A DNA stretch of 64,000 nt from an uncultured Actinomycetota bacterium (GCA_963715595.1 OY970255.1:155796-219795); one strand, 5' to 3'; positions 48,565 through 59,811 are shown, numbered from the stretch's first letter. The notes: generated from the letters alone by a model not told the origin. Numbers and translations: made by a program.

Positions 48565-49383
48565 TGGACGCCGCCGTGGTGACCCAGATCGACGAGCGGC
48601 TCGCCGCGGTCGCGCGCGAGGAGGGCGTCGCGATCCCGCTGGCGATCGAGAGCGGCAGCCGCGCCTGGGGGTTCCCGTCGCCCGACAGCGACTACGACTG
48701 CCGGTTCGTCTACCTGCGCGCCACTGACGACTACCTCTCGCCGTGGCTGCCGCGCGACGTCCTGGAGACCCCGCTCGACGGGCTGCTCGACGTCGGCGGC
48801 TGGGACCTGCGCAAGGCGGTGCAGCTGCTGGTGCGCGGCAACGCCGTCGTGCTGGAGTGGCTGCGCTCGCCGATCGCCTACGGCGTCGACACCGCGTTCC
48901 GCGACTCCTTCCTCGAGCTGGCCGAGCAGGTGGCCGACCCCGACCTGCTGCGCCGCCACCACCTGCACGTCGGCCGCGGCCAGTGGGAGAAGGTGGCCGC
49001 CGCGGTCGAGCACGACGCCGGGGCGGTGCCGCTCAAGCGGCTGTTCTACGCGCTGCGTCCGGCCCTGACGCTGCGCTGGCTCGACCAGCACCCCGGCCTG
49101 GTCGTGCCCCCGATGGACCTGCCCGGCCCTGGTCACCGGCACCGAGCTGCCCGCCGGCGTGGCCGACGCGGTCGCAGAGGCGGTGGCGCGCAAGGCGGTC
49201 AGCCGCGAGGCCGAGGCCGGCCAGGTGCCGGCGGCGGTGCTCGGGCTCGTCCGCGACACCCTGGCCCGCGACGACCCGGCCCCGGCGGCGCCCGACGAGC
49301 GACGCGCGGACGAGGCCCGTCGGCAGGTGGCCGGCTGGTTCCGGGGTGCCGTCGCGCGCTGGGCGCCCGACCCCGCGCCCTGA
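48565..49383 (+). CDS. pol-beta-superfamily nucleotidyltransferase domain protein (RlaP-like); 1 frameshift
   Basis: MDAAVVTQIDERLAAVAREEGVAIPLAIESGSRAWGFPSPDSDYDCRFVY carries the GS...D.D nucleotidyltransferase motif. The frame shifts near 49125 and the protein ends ...RWAPDPAP*. Confidence 0.55.
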
Positions 49384-49479
49384 TCGTCCGACCTGACCGC
49401 AGCGCGCGCCGCGACGCGACGGTGCACCTCGAGGGCGGCCGCGTGGTCGGCCCGGACCCGTCCGCGCCCCCGCCGTAGG

Positions 49480-51492
49480 GTGTCGGCCGTGAGCGTCCCG
49501 GAGCACGACGACCACCGTCCGCTGCGGATCGCGATGGTGGGGCAGAAGGGCCTCCCGGCCACCTGGGGCGGCATCGAGCACCACGTCGAGCAGGTGGGGC
49601 GGCGGCTCGCCGAGCGCGGCCACGAGGTCACGGTCTACTGCCGCGGCACCTACGGCGAGCAGATCCCGGACGAGCACCTCGGCATGCGGCTGCGCCGCAC
49701 CTCGACCCTCGGCACCAAGAGCCTGGACGCCATCGTGCACAGCGCGACGTCCTCGCTCGCCGCGGTCGCCGCGCGCGCCGACGTGGTGCACTACCACGCG
49801 ATCGGGCCGGGCCTGGTGGCCCCGCTGCCGCGGTACCTGACGTCGGCGGGCGTCGTGCTCACCGTGCACGGGCTCGACCACGCCCGCGACAAGTGGGGCC
49901 GGGCCGGACGCGCCGCGCTCGGCGCCGCCCACCTGATGAGTCCCCGCGTGCCGCACGAGCTGGTGGTGGTCTCGCAGGCGCTGCAGCAGCACTACCGCAG
50001 CCGGTTCGGCCGCGAGACCGTGCACGTGCCCAACGGCGTCACGCTGCGCGACCTGCCGGCCGACCCGACCGCGGTGCTCGACCGGCTCGGGCTGCGCGCC
50101 GGCGGCTACGCCCTGTTCGTCGGACGGCTGGTGCCCGAGAAGCGACCCGACCTGCTGCTGCGCGCGTTCGCCCGGGTCCCCACCGACAAGCGGCTGGTGC
50201 TGGCCGGCGACTCCTCGTTCACCGACGACTACGTGGCCGGGCTGACCGCGGCGACCTCGCGCGACCCGCGGGTGGTGATGGCCGGGTTCACCGTCGGCGA
50301 CGACCTCGCGGCGCTGTACGCGGGCAGCGGCGCGGTCGTGCAGCCGTCCTCGCTGGAGGGGTTGCCGCTGACCCTGCTGGAGGCGATCGGGCACGACGCC
50401 CCGGTGGTGGCGTCCGACATCGCCCCGCACGTCGAGGTGCTCGGCGCGGGCTCGCCGCGCCACCTGCTGTTCCCGGTCGACGACGAGGACGCCCTGGTCG
50501 CGGCGCTCACCCGCGTGCTCGCCGACCCGGGCAGCGCGGCGGGCGCCGACGCCCGACGCTGCGCGACGACGTGCTCGCCCGGTACAGCTGGGACGCGGCC
50601 ACGACCCGCCTCGAGGACGTCTACCGCCGGGTGGCCGGGCGGGCGGCCGGCCAGGAGCGACGCGAGCGCCTCGTGCACGGGGCCCGCAGCCGCTCCCGGT
50701 CGGTGGTGCGCGCGGCGCGCCGGCGCGCACGCCGTCCGGACGAGCGGCCCCTGCCCGACTTCCTGGTCGTCGGCGCGATGCGCAGCGGCACCACCTCGCT
50801 GTACGCCGACCTGGCGCGCCACCCGCAGGTGCGTGCCCCGCTCGCCAAGGAGCTGCACTACTTCACGCTGCACCACGACCGCGGCACCGACTGGTACCGG
50901 CGCTGCTTCCCGCTGCTGGCCGAGGGCCAGCAGACCTTCGAGGCCACGCCGTACTACCTCTACGACCCGCAGGTGCCCGCCCGGGTGGCGGCGACGCTGC
51001 CGGACGCCCGCTTCGTGGTGGTGCTGCGCGATCCCGTCGACCGGGCCGTCTCGCACTACCTGCACACCCGCCGCACCGGTGAGGAGCCGCTCGCGCTCGC
51101 CGAGGCGCTGGCCGCCGAGCCCGAGCGCCTCGCCTGCGGCGGCGGACGCGTCCCCCCACCGGCGGCACGAGGCGGTGCGCCGGTACTCCTACCTGGCGCG
51201 CAGCCGGTACGGCGAGCAGCTGGCGCGCTGGTTCGACCACGTCGACCGCGACCGGGTGCTGGTGCTGCGCACCGAGGACCTCGCGCAGCGCCCGCAGGAG
51301 GTGCTCGACCGCGTCCACGAGCACGTCGGTCTGCCCGCGTGGCGCGCGGACGGTTTCACCCGGCACACCCGCCGGCGCGAGGTGGCCGGCACCGACGTCC
51401 CGGACGACCTGGTGGCCGCGCTGCGCGCCGAGCTCGAGCCGGACGTGGCGCGGCTGACCTCGCTGCTCGGGTGGGAGCGCGGCTGGTGGTGA
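49480..51492 (+). CDS. GT4 glycosyltransferase fused in-frame to sulfotransferase 4 (class A); 2 frameshifts
   Basis: The GT4 part is RIAMVGQKGLPATWGGIEHHVE...FVGRLVPEKR...EGLPLTLLEAIGHDAPVVASD...LARYSWDAATTRLEDVYRRV. An Arg-rich linker of about 40 aa follows, then PDFLVVGAMRSGTTSL and RFVVVLRDPVDRAVSHY. There is no stop in any of the three frames between 50580 and 50770. Shifts lie near 50555 and 51140. Confidence 0.7.
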   Translation: MSAVSVPEHDDHRPLRIAMVGQKGLPATWGGIEHHVEQVGRRLAERGHEVTVYCRGTYGEQIPDEHLGMRLRRTSTLGTKSLDAIVHSATSSLAAVAARADVVHYHAIGPGLVAPLPRYLTSAGVVLTVHGLDHARDKWGRAGRAALGAAHLMSPRVPHELVVVSQALQQHYRSRFGRETVHVPNGVTLRDLPADPTAVLDRLGLRAGGYALFVGRLVPEKRPDLLLRAFARVPTDKRLVLAGDSSFTDDYVAGLTAATSRDPRVVMAGFTVGDDLAALYAGSGAVVQPSSLEGLPLTLLEAIGHDAPVVASDIAPHVEVLGAGSPRHLLFPVDDEDALVAALTRVLADPGSAAGADARRCATTCSPGTAGTRPRPASRTSTAGWPGGRPARSDASASCTGPAAAPGRWCARRAGAHAVRTSGPCPTSWSSARCAAAPPRCTPTWRATRRCVPRSPRSCTTSRCTTTAAPTGTGAASRCWPRASRPSRPRRTTSTTRRCPPGWRRRCRTPASWWCCAIPSTGPSRTTCTPAAPVRSRSRSPRRWPPSPSASPAAADASPHRRHEAVRRYSYLARSRYGEQLARWFDHVDRDRVLVLRTEDLAQRPQEVLDRVHEHVGLPAWRADGFTRHTRRREVAGTDVPDDLVAALRAELEPDVARLTSLLGWERGWW

Positions 51493-51499
51493 CGGGCGG

Positions 51500-52420
51500 T
51501 CAGGGGACGGCGTAGCCCCGGCGGCGCAGCGCGGGCCCGATCGCGGCCTCGACGTCGGCCACCTGCGCGGGCGTGAGCTCGCGGCGGTAGGCGTCGACCC
51601 GCCCGGCGCCCAGGCTGTGGCGCGCCACCCCCGCCTCGAACCGCGGGTCGGGGTCGAGCCCGGCGAGGTCGAGCAGGCCGCGCACCGCGGCGGCGGGGTC
51701 GGCGAGCAGGTCCTCGTAGCGCAGGTCGAGCCAGGCCCCGGCCGGGTGGCGCTCGCGCGCCTGCTCGGCCGCCTCGACCAGCAGCTGCCAGCCGAGCGCC
51801 GCCAGCACCGGGAACGAGCGGCCCGACCGCTCCCACACCTGCTGCAGGGCAGGCGGCAACGGGCCGAAGAGCCACCGGTCGGGGCCCTGCCAGCCGTCCC
51901 ACCAGCCCATCTGGAGCCACGAGCTGGCGACCGCGCGGCCGTCGCGCACCACCTCGACCACCCGCAGGTCGGGCAGGGCGGCCCGCAGGAAACCCGTCCG
52001 GGGCCACCCGGTCACGTGCAGCACGAGCACGTCGGCGCGCTGGGCCTCGAGCCGCTGCTCGACGAAGTCGCGCAGCCGGCGCTCGACGTGCGGGGTCATG
52101 TCCTCGGCGACCAGGTCGCGGACGGGGCGCGACCACCCGGCGACGACGTGCCGGTCGAGCAGGTCGTACGCCTCGGACGGGCGGACGCCGATCCGCCCGC
52201 GCTGCAGGACCCCGACCGCCTCGGACCAGGCCCGCAGGGCGGGCGGACGCGGTGCGGTGGCGTGCCGGTACAGGGGACCGTTCCAGCGGCCGCGCAGCCC
52301 GAGGCGGGAGAGCCTGTCGTCCAGGCCGGAGACGAACGCGGTGCGGGGGTGGCGCGCGAGCAGCTCGGTGACGACCGTCGTGCCGCTGCGTCCGGTGCCC
52401 GCCACGACGACCACCCTCAC
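51500..52420 (-). CDS. sulfotransferase 5 (class B: G-x-x-RSGT[TS] P-loop type)
   Basis: Intact from the GTG at 52420 (GTGA overlap with the upstream stop): VRVVVVAGTGRSGTTVV...VEVVRDGRAVASSW...LRYEDLLADP. Confidence 0.75.
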   Translation of the reverse strand: MRVVVVAGTGRSGTTVVTELLARHPRTAFVSGLDDRLSRLGLRGRWNGPLYRHATAPRPPALRAWSEAVGVLQRGRIGVRPSEAYDLLDRHVVAGWSRPVRDLVAEDMTPHVERRLRDFVEQRLEAQRADVLVLHVTGWPRTGFLRAALPDLRVVEVVRDGRAVASSWLQMGWWDGWQGPDRWLFGPLPPALQQVWERSGRSFPVLAALGWQLLVEAAEQARERHPAGAWLDLRYEDLLADPAAAVRGLLDLAGLDPDPRFEAGVARHSLGAGRVDAYRRELTPAQVADVEAAIGPALRRRGYAVP

Positions 52421-53508
52421 CCCGGTGGCCCCGCAGGTCCCCGGGCGGCGACGGCGGCGCGCTCCTCGACGGCGGCCAGGTCGAGGGTCGCGAGCTCGGC
52501 GTCGACCGGGTCGGGGGCCGCCACCACGGCGCGGCGGGCCCGGCGGGAGGCCGCGCGCCGGTCGGTCAGGCCGAGGACGGCGCGGGTGGGGGCGGTCATG
52601 GCCTGCACCAGCGCGCAGCGCCCGGCGCTCAGCCCGCCGCGCCACTCGCCGTCGTCACGGACCTCGACACGACCGGTCACGTGCCGCGAGGGGTTGCCGG
52701 CGACGGCGTGGGTGGTGGAGATGCGCAGCGTCGAGCGGTCGACGAAGGGCAGCGACCGCGCCGGCGCGCCGAGCCGCTCGAGCACCGGAGCCAACGCGGT
52801 CTCGGGGTCGCGCACGAGGTCCTCGTACCGCAGCCGCAGGTGCCGGTCGTCGCGCGGGCGCCAGGCCACGGCGGCCACCAGGTTCCACAGCAGCCACAGC
52901 GTGGCGCTCTTCAGCACCGGCTGGCGGTCCATCGGCGGGTCGTCGTCGCGCTGGCGGCTCGCCCGCGTCCGCAGCCACGAGTAGGCGGCGGCACGGGGGT
53001 CGCGCACCAGGTGCAGCACGGTGACCTCGACGCCGGGCAGCTCCTGCAGCAGCAGCCCGTACAGCGGCAGCTTCGAGGAGTCGACGACGACGTCGGCGCC
53101 GCTGCGCGCGCGCACCGCGCGGTACAGGTCGACCAGGAGCGCGTCGTCGGGGTGCGAGGGCAGCGGCGTGAGCCCGACCAGGGAGCGCAGCAGCACCTGG
53201 GGGACGCGACGGGCCCGGGTGCGGTGCCACAGCCGGGCGGCCACCCCCCGGGCCACGGGCCGCACCGGGCCGTCGGGGACGACGGCCGACATCACCGACC
53301 TCCACTCCGGGCAGGTGCTGAACGCGTGCCCGCAGCCGCAGCGCTCGTCCTGCACGGCTCCGCGCTGCCACAGGAAGCGCAGCTCGCCGGCGGACACGAC
53401 GCCGGGGACCTGGCCGAGGATGGTGGCGAGCAGCGTGCTGCCGCTGCGTCCGGTGCCCGCGACGAACAGGACGCGCACGGGGTCTCGGTGCGGTGCGTGC
53501 TCAGCCAC
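52417..53508 (-). CDS. sulfotransferase 6 (class B)
   Basis: Intact: VRVLFVAGTGRSGSTLL...CGCGHAFSTCPEW...VLHLVRDPRAAAYSW...LRYEDLVRDP. The start GTG at 53508 overlaps the upstream GT4 stop by 8 nt. Confidence 0.75.
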   Translation of the reverse strand: MAEHAPHRDPVRVLFVAGTGRSGSTLLATILGQVPGVVSAGELRFLWQRGAVQDERCGCGHAFSTCPEWRSVMSAVVPDGPVRPVARGVAARLWHRTRARRVPQVLLRSLVGLTPLPSHPDDALLVDLYRAVRARSGADVVVDSSKLPLYGLLLQELPGVEVTVLHLVRDPRAAAYSWLRTRASRQRDDDPPMDRQPVLKSATLWLLWNLVAAVAWRPRDDRHLRLRYEDLVRDPETALAPVLERLGAPARSLPFVDRSTLRISTTHAVAGNPSRHVTGRVEVRDDGEWRGGLSAGRCALVQAMTAPTRAVLGLTDRRAASRRARRAVVAAPDPVDAELATLDLAAVEERAAVAARGPAGPPG

Positions 53509-54730
53509 GCCCCACACCTTGGTAGAGGTCGGACAAGGTGTCCAGGTGCCGTCGGGCGGAGAAGTCCTCCAGGACTCGTGCGCAGCCCGTTCGGCCCATG
53601 GCCGTCACCCGTCCGGGGTCGGCCGAGCAGCGACCCCAGCGCCGCGGCCAGGGCGGCCGGGTCGTCGGGCTCGACGAGCAGCCCGTCGACCCCGTCGTCG
53701 ACCAGCTCGGGCAGCCCGCCCATCCGGGTCGCGACCACGGGCACCCCGAGCGCGTACGACTCCAGCACGGTCATCGGCTGGTTCTCGTACCAGCGGGACG
53801 GGACGAGGGTCGCGACGGCGCCGCGCAGCAGGTCGGCCACGCCCTCGCGGGTGAGCCGGCCGAGGAAGCGCACCCGTCCCGGGGCCACCTGCGTCGGCCA
53901 GCCGCTCGAGCGCGGCGCGCTCGGGCCCGTCGCCCGCCACGTCGAGGTGGGCGCCGGGCAGCATCGCGACCGCGCGGACAGCGGTGTCGACCCCCTTCTC
54001 GGCCGACAGCCGCCCGGCGACGGCGAACCGGCCCGGCACCGGCTCGCGGGGCGCCGGCGGACGGGGGCGGGTCGACGAAGTGCGGGACGACGTGGAGGCG
54101 GCCGTGGTCGACCCCGGCGTCGCGGACCACTCCGGCGAGGAACCGGCTGGGGCTCACCAGGGCGTCGACGCGGCCCCAGGCGCCGGTGAGCCGGTGCAGG
54201 CCGGACTCGACCGACAGCAGCGCGCTCGCCGGCAGGGAGCCGCCCTTGCAGCGCCGGCGGGCGGCCTGCAGCGCCCCGTGGTCGACGCACGCGCGGCAGG
54301 GCCGTCCGTGGTCCAGCATCTGGTAGCTGGGGCACGCGACCTTGTAGTCGTGCAGGGTGAGCACGGCGGGCACGCCGCCGCGCACCGAGGGCGCGAGCAC
54401 CGAGGGGGAGAGCTGGTGGTACACGTTGTGGAAGTGCACGGCGTCCGGACCGAACCGGCGCACGGCCTGCGCCAGGCGCGACGCCGCCTCGCGTGACCAG
54501 ACCATGCGGGCGGCGGCACGCAGGCCGGCCGCGCCGGACGGGGCAGGATCGAGCTCGACGAAGGAGGCGAACGTGTCGGCCAGAGGAAGGTCCGGGGGGT
54601 CCTCGGGGTGGCGCATGCCCCACACCTGCACCTCGTGCCCGTCGCGGCGCTGCAGGTCGGCGAGGTCGAGCAGGTACGACTCGGCACCGCCGCGGCGGTG
54701 CACGAACTTGTTGACGTGCAGGATCCGCAC
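53501..54730 (-). CDS. GT4-family glycosyltransferase; at least 3 frameshifts
   Basis: VRILHVNKFVHRRGGAESY...HFHNVYHQLSPSV...FAVAGRLSAEKGVD...SRWYENQPMTVLESYALGVPVVATRMGGLPELVDDGVDGLLV...LDTLSDLYQGVGRG*, reassembled from three frames. Confidence 0.75.
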
Positions 54731-54762
54731 CCGCGCAGTCCACCACACCGGCTCGCCCGCCC

Positions 54763-55698
54763 GTGCGGGCGGTCGCGGTGAGCGAGCAGCCCCGGGGGGC
54801 GTTGGCGTACGGGTGGCGCCGGGTGCGCCGGCACGTGCGCTGGGGCCGTGCCGAGGGCTGGGGGCGGCTGGTCGAGGAGGACCGGCTCGACCCGCGCGAG
54901 CGGGCGCGCACGGCCCTGGCCAAGCACCGCTGGCGCCGCCGGCACGGCGTCGCGCCGGGCACGGCGCGACCGGTCTACGTCGTCGGCCTGCAGCGCTCCG
55001 GCACGAACATGCTGACCCGCGGGCTCGACGGCGCGCCCGAGGTCGAGGTGCGGAACGAGAACGACCGCACCCTGTTCCGCCGGTTCCGGCTGCGCGAGGA
55101 CGACGTGCTCGTGCGCACGGTGCGGCGCAGCCGGCACCGCGTCGTCCTGGTCAAGCCGCTGTGCGACTCGCACCAGGTCGACCGGCTGCTCGACCTGCCG
55201 GACCTCCCGGGCGGACGCGCCCTGTGGGCGTTCCGCGAGCCGCACGCGCGGGCGCGCTCGGAGGTGGCGCGGTTCGGACCGGCGAACCTGCGTGCGCTGC
55301 AGGCGATCGCGGCCGGCGACACCGCCGGACGCTGGCAGGCCGCCCGGCTCGACGACGACGCCGTCGAGGAGGTGCGTCGGCTGCGGCCCGAGCGGCTCAC
55401 GCCGTACGAGGGCGCGCTCGCGTTCTGGGCCGTGCGCAACGCGCTGTGGTTCGACCTCGGTCTCGACGCCCGCGAGGACTGCCTGCTGGTCGACTACGAC
55501 GCGGTCGTCGCCGACCCCGCCCCCGCCGCCGAGCGCCTGTGCGCCTTCGTCGGCCTGCCCGCCCGCTCCGACCTGCTCGGCCACGTCGTGCCGCGCAGCA
55601 CCCACCACGACGACCACCCGGAGGTCGATCCGCTCGTGCTCGCCCTGACCGACCGCACCTGGGAGCGGCTGCGCGCCGCGGCGAGGACGGCGTCGTGA
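54763..55698 (+). CDS. sulfotransferase 7 (class B)
   Basis: Intact ORF: PVYVVGLQRSGTNMLT...RVVLVKPLCDSH...LVDYDAVVADP. Confidence 0.65.
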   Translation: MRAVAVSEQPRGALAYGWRRVRRHVRWGRAEGWGRLVEEDRLDPRERARTALAKHRWRRRHGVAPGTARPVYVVGLQRSGTNMLTRGLDGAPEVEVRNENDRTLFRRFRLREDDVLVRTVRRSRHRVVLVKPLCDSHQVDRLLDLPDLPGGRALWAFREPHARARSEVARFGPANLRALQAIAAGDTAGRWQAARLDDDAVEEVRRLRPERLTPYEGALAFWAVRNALWFDLGLDAREDCLLVDYDAVVADPAPAAERLCAFVGLPARSDLLGHVVPRSTHHDDHPEVDPLVLALTDRTWERLRAAARTAS

Positions 55699-57124
55699 GC
55701 GCCGCCGGCCGCCGCTGGAGGGTCGCCGCCGTCGGGCTCGTCGTCGCGGCGCTCGCCCTCGCCGGCTGCACCGACCCCGACGACGACCCGGCGCCCGACC
55801 CCACGGCCGCACCCTCTTTCACCGACGGCGAGGACGGCGGCGACGACGAGCCGCCCGCGGCGTTCGAGGGCGGCGTGCTCGGCGCCAAGTGGGACCAGGC
55901 GCGCACCGACGCGTTCGACCCCTACCTGCGCGAGCTCGGCACCGGCCCGACGTTCTCCGAGGTCGTGTGGTGCGAGATCGAGCCCACGCAGGGCGAGCGC
56001 GACTGGACCTCGCTCGACGCCTTCGTCGAGCGCGCCGACGAGCTGGCCGGCACGCTGCTGCTGAAGATCCGCGTGGGCCAGTGCTGGACGACGGGCCAGG
56101 CGCCGCAGCAGGTGCGCGGCAACAAGACCGAGTCGGGCGTCCCGCGCGACACCGACGAGTACCGCGACTTCGTCACCGAGCTGGTGACGCGCTACTCGGC
56201 GCAGGGCGTCAGCCGCTACGCCGTCGAGAACGAGGTGAACTCGCCGAGCTTCTGGGCCGGCACGCCGCAGGAGTACCGCGACCTCGTCGAGGTCGCGGCC
56301 GACGCGATCCGCGCCGCCGACCCCGCCGCGCTGGTGCTCGACTCCGGGCTGAGCAGCGTCTCGTACGGCGCCGGTGCGGCACGGCTCCTGCTCGACGAGG
56401 GACGCGACGACGACGCCGTGGCGGCGTGGAACACCTACTACGAGCGGCGGATCGGGACGCGCGGACGCAACATCGTCGAGGCCGCCGACGCCGAGGAGCT
56501 CGAGGCGCTGCTCGAGCGCGAGCAGGCGGCGCGCAACATCGAGCACCTCGAGCTCGGCGTCCGCGCTGGCGGACGACGGCGTGGTCGACGTCCGCCAGGT
56601 GCACTTCTACGAGACCTGGCGCGGCGTGCCCGTCCTGTTCGAGCTGCTGCGGGCCACCACTCCCGACGACGTGCCGCTCGAGCTGTGGGAGGTCGGCCTG
56701 TTCCGGCGGGGGCAGGAGGTACCGATCGACCAGGCGGCCGACGAGACGGTGCAGACCAGCGCGGCGCTGCTCGCGCAGGGCGCGGCGCTCGTGGTCTGGC
56801 TCCCGCTGGCGTTCAACCCGTCCGGGCGCAACCCGGACGAGCCGCGGACGGGCCTGCTGGAGCCCCAGGGCGAGGTGCGTCCCACCGGCGAGCGCTACGC
56901 CGAGCTCGCCGCGGCGGCGCGCGACGCCGTCCCGGTCGCGGTCGCCACCGACGACGTCGTCGGCGTCGTGCCTGGAGAGGCCGGAGGGGTCGACGGCCTT
57001 CGTGTGGTCGCTCGACGGCGACGTCGAGGCCCAGAACGCCGGCAGCGAGGTGCGCCTCACGACGGCACCCTCGCGGGTCGAGGTGGAGGGTTCGGTCGAG
57101 GACTTCGTGGCCGGCCTGCCGTGA
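55695..57124 (+). CDS. lipoprotein, glycoside-hydrolase-like TIM-barrel (clan GH-A-type ENE motif); 2 frameshifts
   Basis: The GTG overlaps the previous stop (GTGA). The lipobox is VVAALALAGC. EIEPTQGERDWTSLDAFVERA...VSRYAVENEVNSPSFW. Shifts lie near 56560 and 56975, and the protein ends ...SVEDFVAGLP*. Confidence 0.55.
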
Positions 57125-57955
57125 CGCACCACCTGGTGCTCGTCGGCGGGCTGCACCGCAGCGGCACCAGCCCGCTCGCCCGGGCGCTGGGCAGCCACCC
57201 GCAGGTGAGCGCGCTGACCGGCACCGGGGTGGTCGAGGACGAGGGGCAGCACCTGCAGGACGTGTACCCGGTCGCCAAGACCTACGGCGGCTCAGGGCGT
57301 TTCGCTCTCGACCCCCGGTCGCACCTCACCGAGGCGTCGCCGCTCGCGACGCCCGACGCGGGGGCCCGGCTGCGGGCGGCCTGGGACCCGTTCTGGGACC
57401 TGTCCCGGGGCTGGCTGGTCGAGAAGTCGCCACCGAACCTGGTGATGGGCCGGTTCCTGCAGCACGTGCTCCCCGGTCAGCTCGCTCGTCGTCGTGGTGC
57501 GCCACCCGGTCGTGGTCGCGCTGTCGACGAAGAAGTGGCGTGGCGTGCGCACTCTGCGGCCCGGCAAGTACGAGACGCTCGCCTCGCTGGTCGGCCACTG
57601 GGTGCGCGCGCACCAGGTGCTGCGCGACGACCTGGCGCACCTCGCGCGCGTGCACGTCGTGCACTACGAGCACCTGCTCGCCGACCCGCGCGCCGAGCTC
57701 GACGCCCTCGGCGGCTTCCTCGGGCTGCCCGGGCCGGTGCCCGACGACGCCTGCGTCGCGGCCACAGCGACCGGTACGAGCGGGCGTGGTCGCGGCTGGG
57801 GAACCGGCTGCACCCGCTGCACGCGGCGGCGTCGTGCGGTGCTGAGCCGGTACGCCGACGAGGTCGCCGACCTCGGGTACGACCTCGCCGACGTCGCGGC
57901 CCCGCCGCGACGGGTGCTCGCGGCACGGGCCGGGCACCCGGGCCCTCAGCGGTAG
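57121..57955 (+). CDS. sulfotransferase 8 (class B); about 3 frameshifts
   Basis: The GTG overlaps the previous stop (GTGA). HHLVLVGGLHRSGTSPLA...LVEKSPPNLV...VVVVRHPVVVALS...VVHYEHLLADP. Confidence 0.7.
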
Positions 57956-58760
57956 CCGAGCTCGCGCAGCAGCCGCCGGCTGGTCCACCACACCAGGACG
58001 CGACCGAGCGGGTCGAGCTCGCGGCGGTGCGCCCCGGCACGCCCGGCGTAGACGGCGGAGTCGGTGCCCTCGGCGCGGCGCCGGTCGCGGGCCTGGGCGT
58101 GGTAGCGCGGCGGCACGTCGTGCTGGTGCTCGTCGATGCGCAGCATCGCGGGGTCGAACTGCTCGCCGAGGAAGTCGGTGAGCCGGCGCACGGTGGCCTC
58201 CTGGTCGCAGACCAGGTCCTCGTAGCGCACCTCGTGGAACTGGTTCTGCGGCAGCGCACTCCTGCGCCGCCCGCACCGCCCGCACGTACCGCGGCCACTT
58301 CACCGCGGCCTTGAGGGCCGGCACGTAGCCGAACCGCTTGCGGTGGCTCACGACCACGTCGCGGCCGTCGCGCAGCACGTGCACGACCTGCGCGTCGGGG
58401 AAGAGCGGCGAGCACGAAGTCGAGCTGGAGGGCGTACCGCGGCGTCTTGTCGACCCAGCGGGCCTTGCCGCGGCGGGCGGCGTAGTCGGCGTGCACCCCG
58501 GCGAACATGCCCGCGATCCGCGCGAGCCACTCCTCGCGGCTGAACCCGAACCGCTCCAGCGCGCTCCCAGTCCTCGTGCACGACCCGGCGCAGGTCGACT
58601 CGAGGAAGCGGGTCTCGGGCCCGCAGCTGATCCGCGAGTGCGAGTCGAGCAGGAGCCGCACCAGGGTGGTGCCGGAGCGCTGGCAGCCGACGACGAAGAC
58701 CGGCGGCCCGCCCGGCTCCTCGACGGACCGGCGACCGGTCGGGCCGGGGTCGGCGGTCAC
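57946..58760 (-). CDS. sulfotransferase 9 (class B); at least 4 frameshifts
   Basis: PPVFVVGCQRSGTTLVRLLL...KARWVDKTPRYAL...VVHVLRDGRDVVVSH...VRYEDLVCDQEATVRRLTDFLG...LLRELGYR*. It converges on and overlaps the end of sulfotransferase 8 by 10 nt. Confidence 0.7.
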
Positions 58761-59811
58761 CGGCGGGCGGCCGCCACGTCGGCCGGCTCGCGGGGGTCGT
58801 CGACGGTCTGGTCCGCGTCCCGTCGACCGGCTGGTCCGCGGCGGACGTCTCCTCCCCGCGGCGGGGACGGCCGGCGCGACCGGCCGCCGTCCGGGACCGG
58901 GTGGCCTGGGCGAGCACCGAGGCCAGCAGCAGGCACAGCACCAGGGCCACCGCCGCGGCGACGGCGGCGGTGCGCGCGACCGTCATCAGCTGCGACTGCT
59001 CGACCGGACCCTCGACGAACACCACCTGGTCGGGGTCGGCCGCGGCGACCTGGCCGGTCGCGGCGTCCTGCCGGTCACGGGCGCGGTCGAGCCGGTCCTG
59101 GGCGGCGGAGCGGTCGGCGGAGAGCTGGTCGAACTCGGTCAGCAGCGGCACGTAGCCGGGCAGCGCCTGGCGGACCCGCTCGAGCTCCGCGGCGATCTCG
59201 GCCACCCGGGTCGCGTCGCCGGCCGCCACGGCCTCGACCCGGCGCGCGTCCAGGGTGTTCACCTGGCTCAGCAGCGCCTGGTAGGCGCGGCCGGGGTCGG
59301 CGACGCCGGCGCGGGTGCCGAACTCGGTGAGGGCGGCGTCGGCGGCCGCCACCTGCTCCTGGGCGCGCGCGACGGCCGACTCCGCCTGCGCCACCTCGCC
59401 CTGGAAGACCTGCTCGAGGGTGGACGCGGTGACGGCGCGCAGCACCGGCTCGACGTCGTCGCGGTCGGTGCCGGCGAACCGCACGACCAGGCCGGTGCTG
59501 TCGCCCGCGCGCGACACCTCGAGGTCGCGCGCCAGCCGTCCCGCCTGCACGCCCGTCTGGTCCGCGACGCGGTCGAGCATGGGCGCGCCCGTCGCGATCG
59601 CCTGGAAGGCCGAGACGTAGTCGTCGGGGTTGACGCCGCCCGAGCTCTGGGACGGGCTGGCACCGGTGACGACGGGCTGCACGGTCGCGGTGCCCGTCCA
59701 GGTCGGTGGCTGCTGCAGCACCCAGGCGCCACCGGCGGCGGCCGCCAGCAGCGGCACCAGCACGATCCACCACAGGTGACGCGCGCGCGTCACGTACTCG
59801 AGTGTCTCCAC
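58757..59811 (-). CDS. Wzz-type polysaccharide co-polymerase (no kinase domain); C-terminal end uncertain
   Basis: VETLEYVTRARHLWWIVLVPLLAAAAGGAWV (TM1), a coiled region, then TAAVAAAVALVLCLLLASVLA (TM2). As given, the frame stays open to 58348. The GTGA junction at 58757-58760 would be the natural stop if one more indel lies in the basic tail. Confidence 0.6.
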
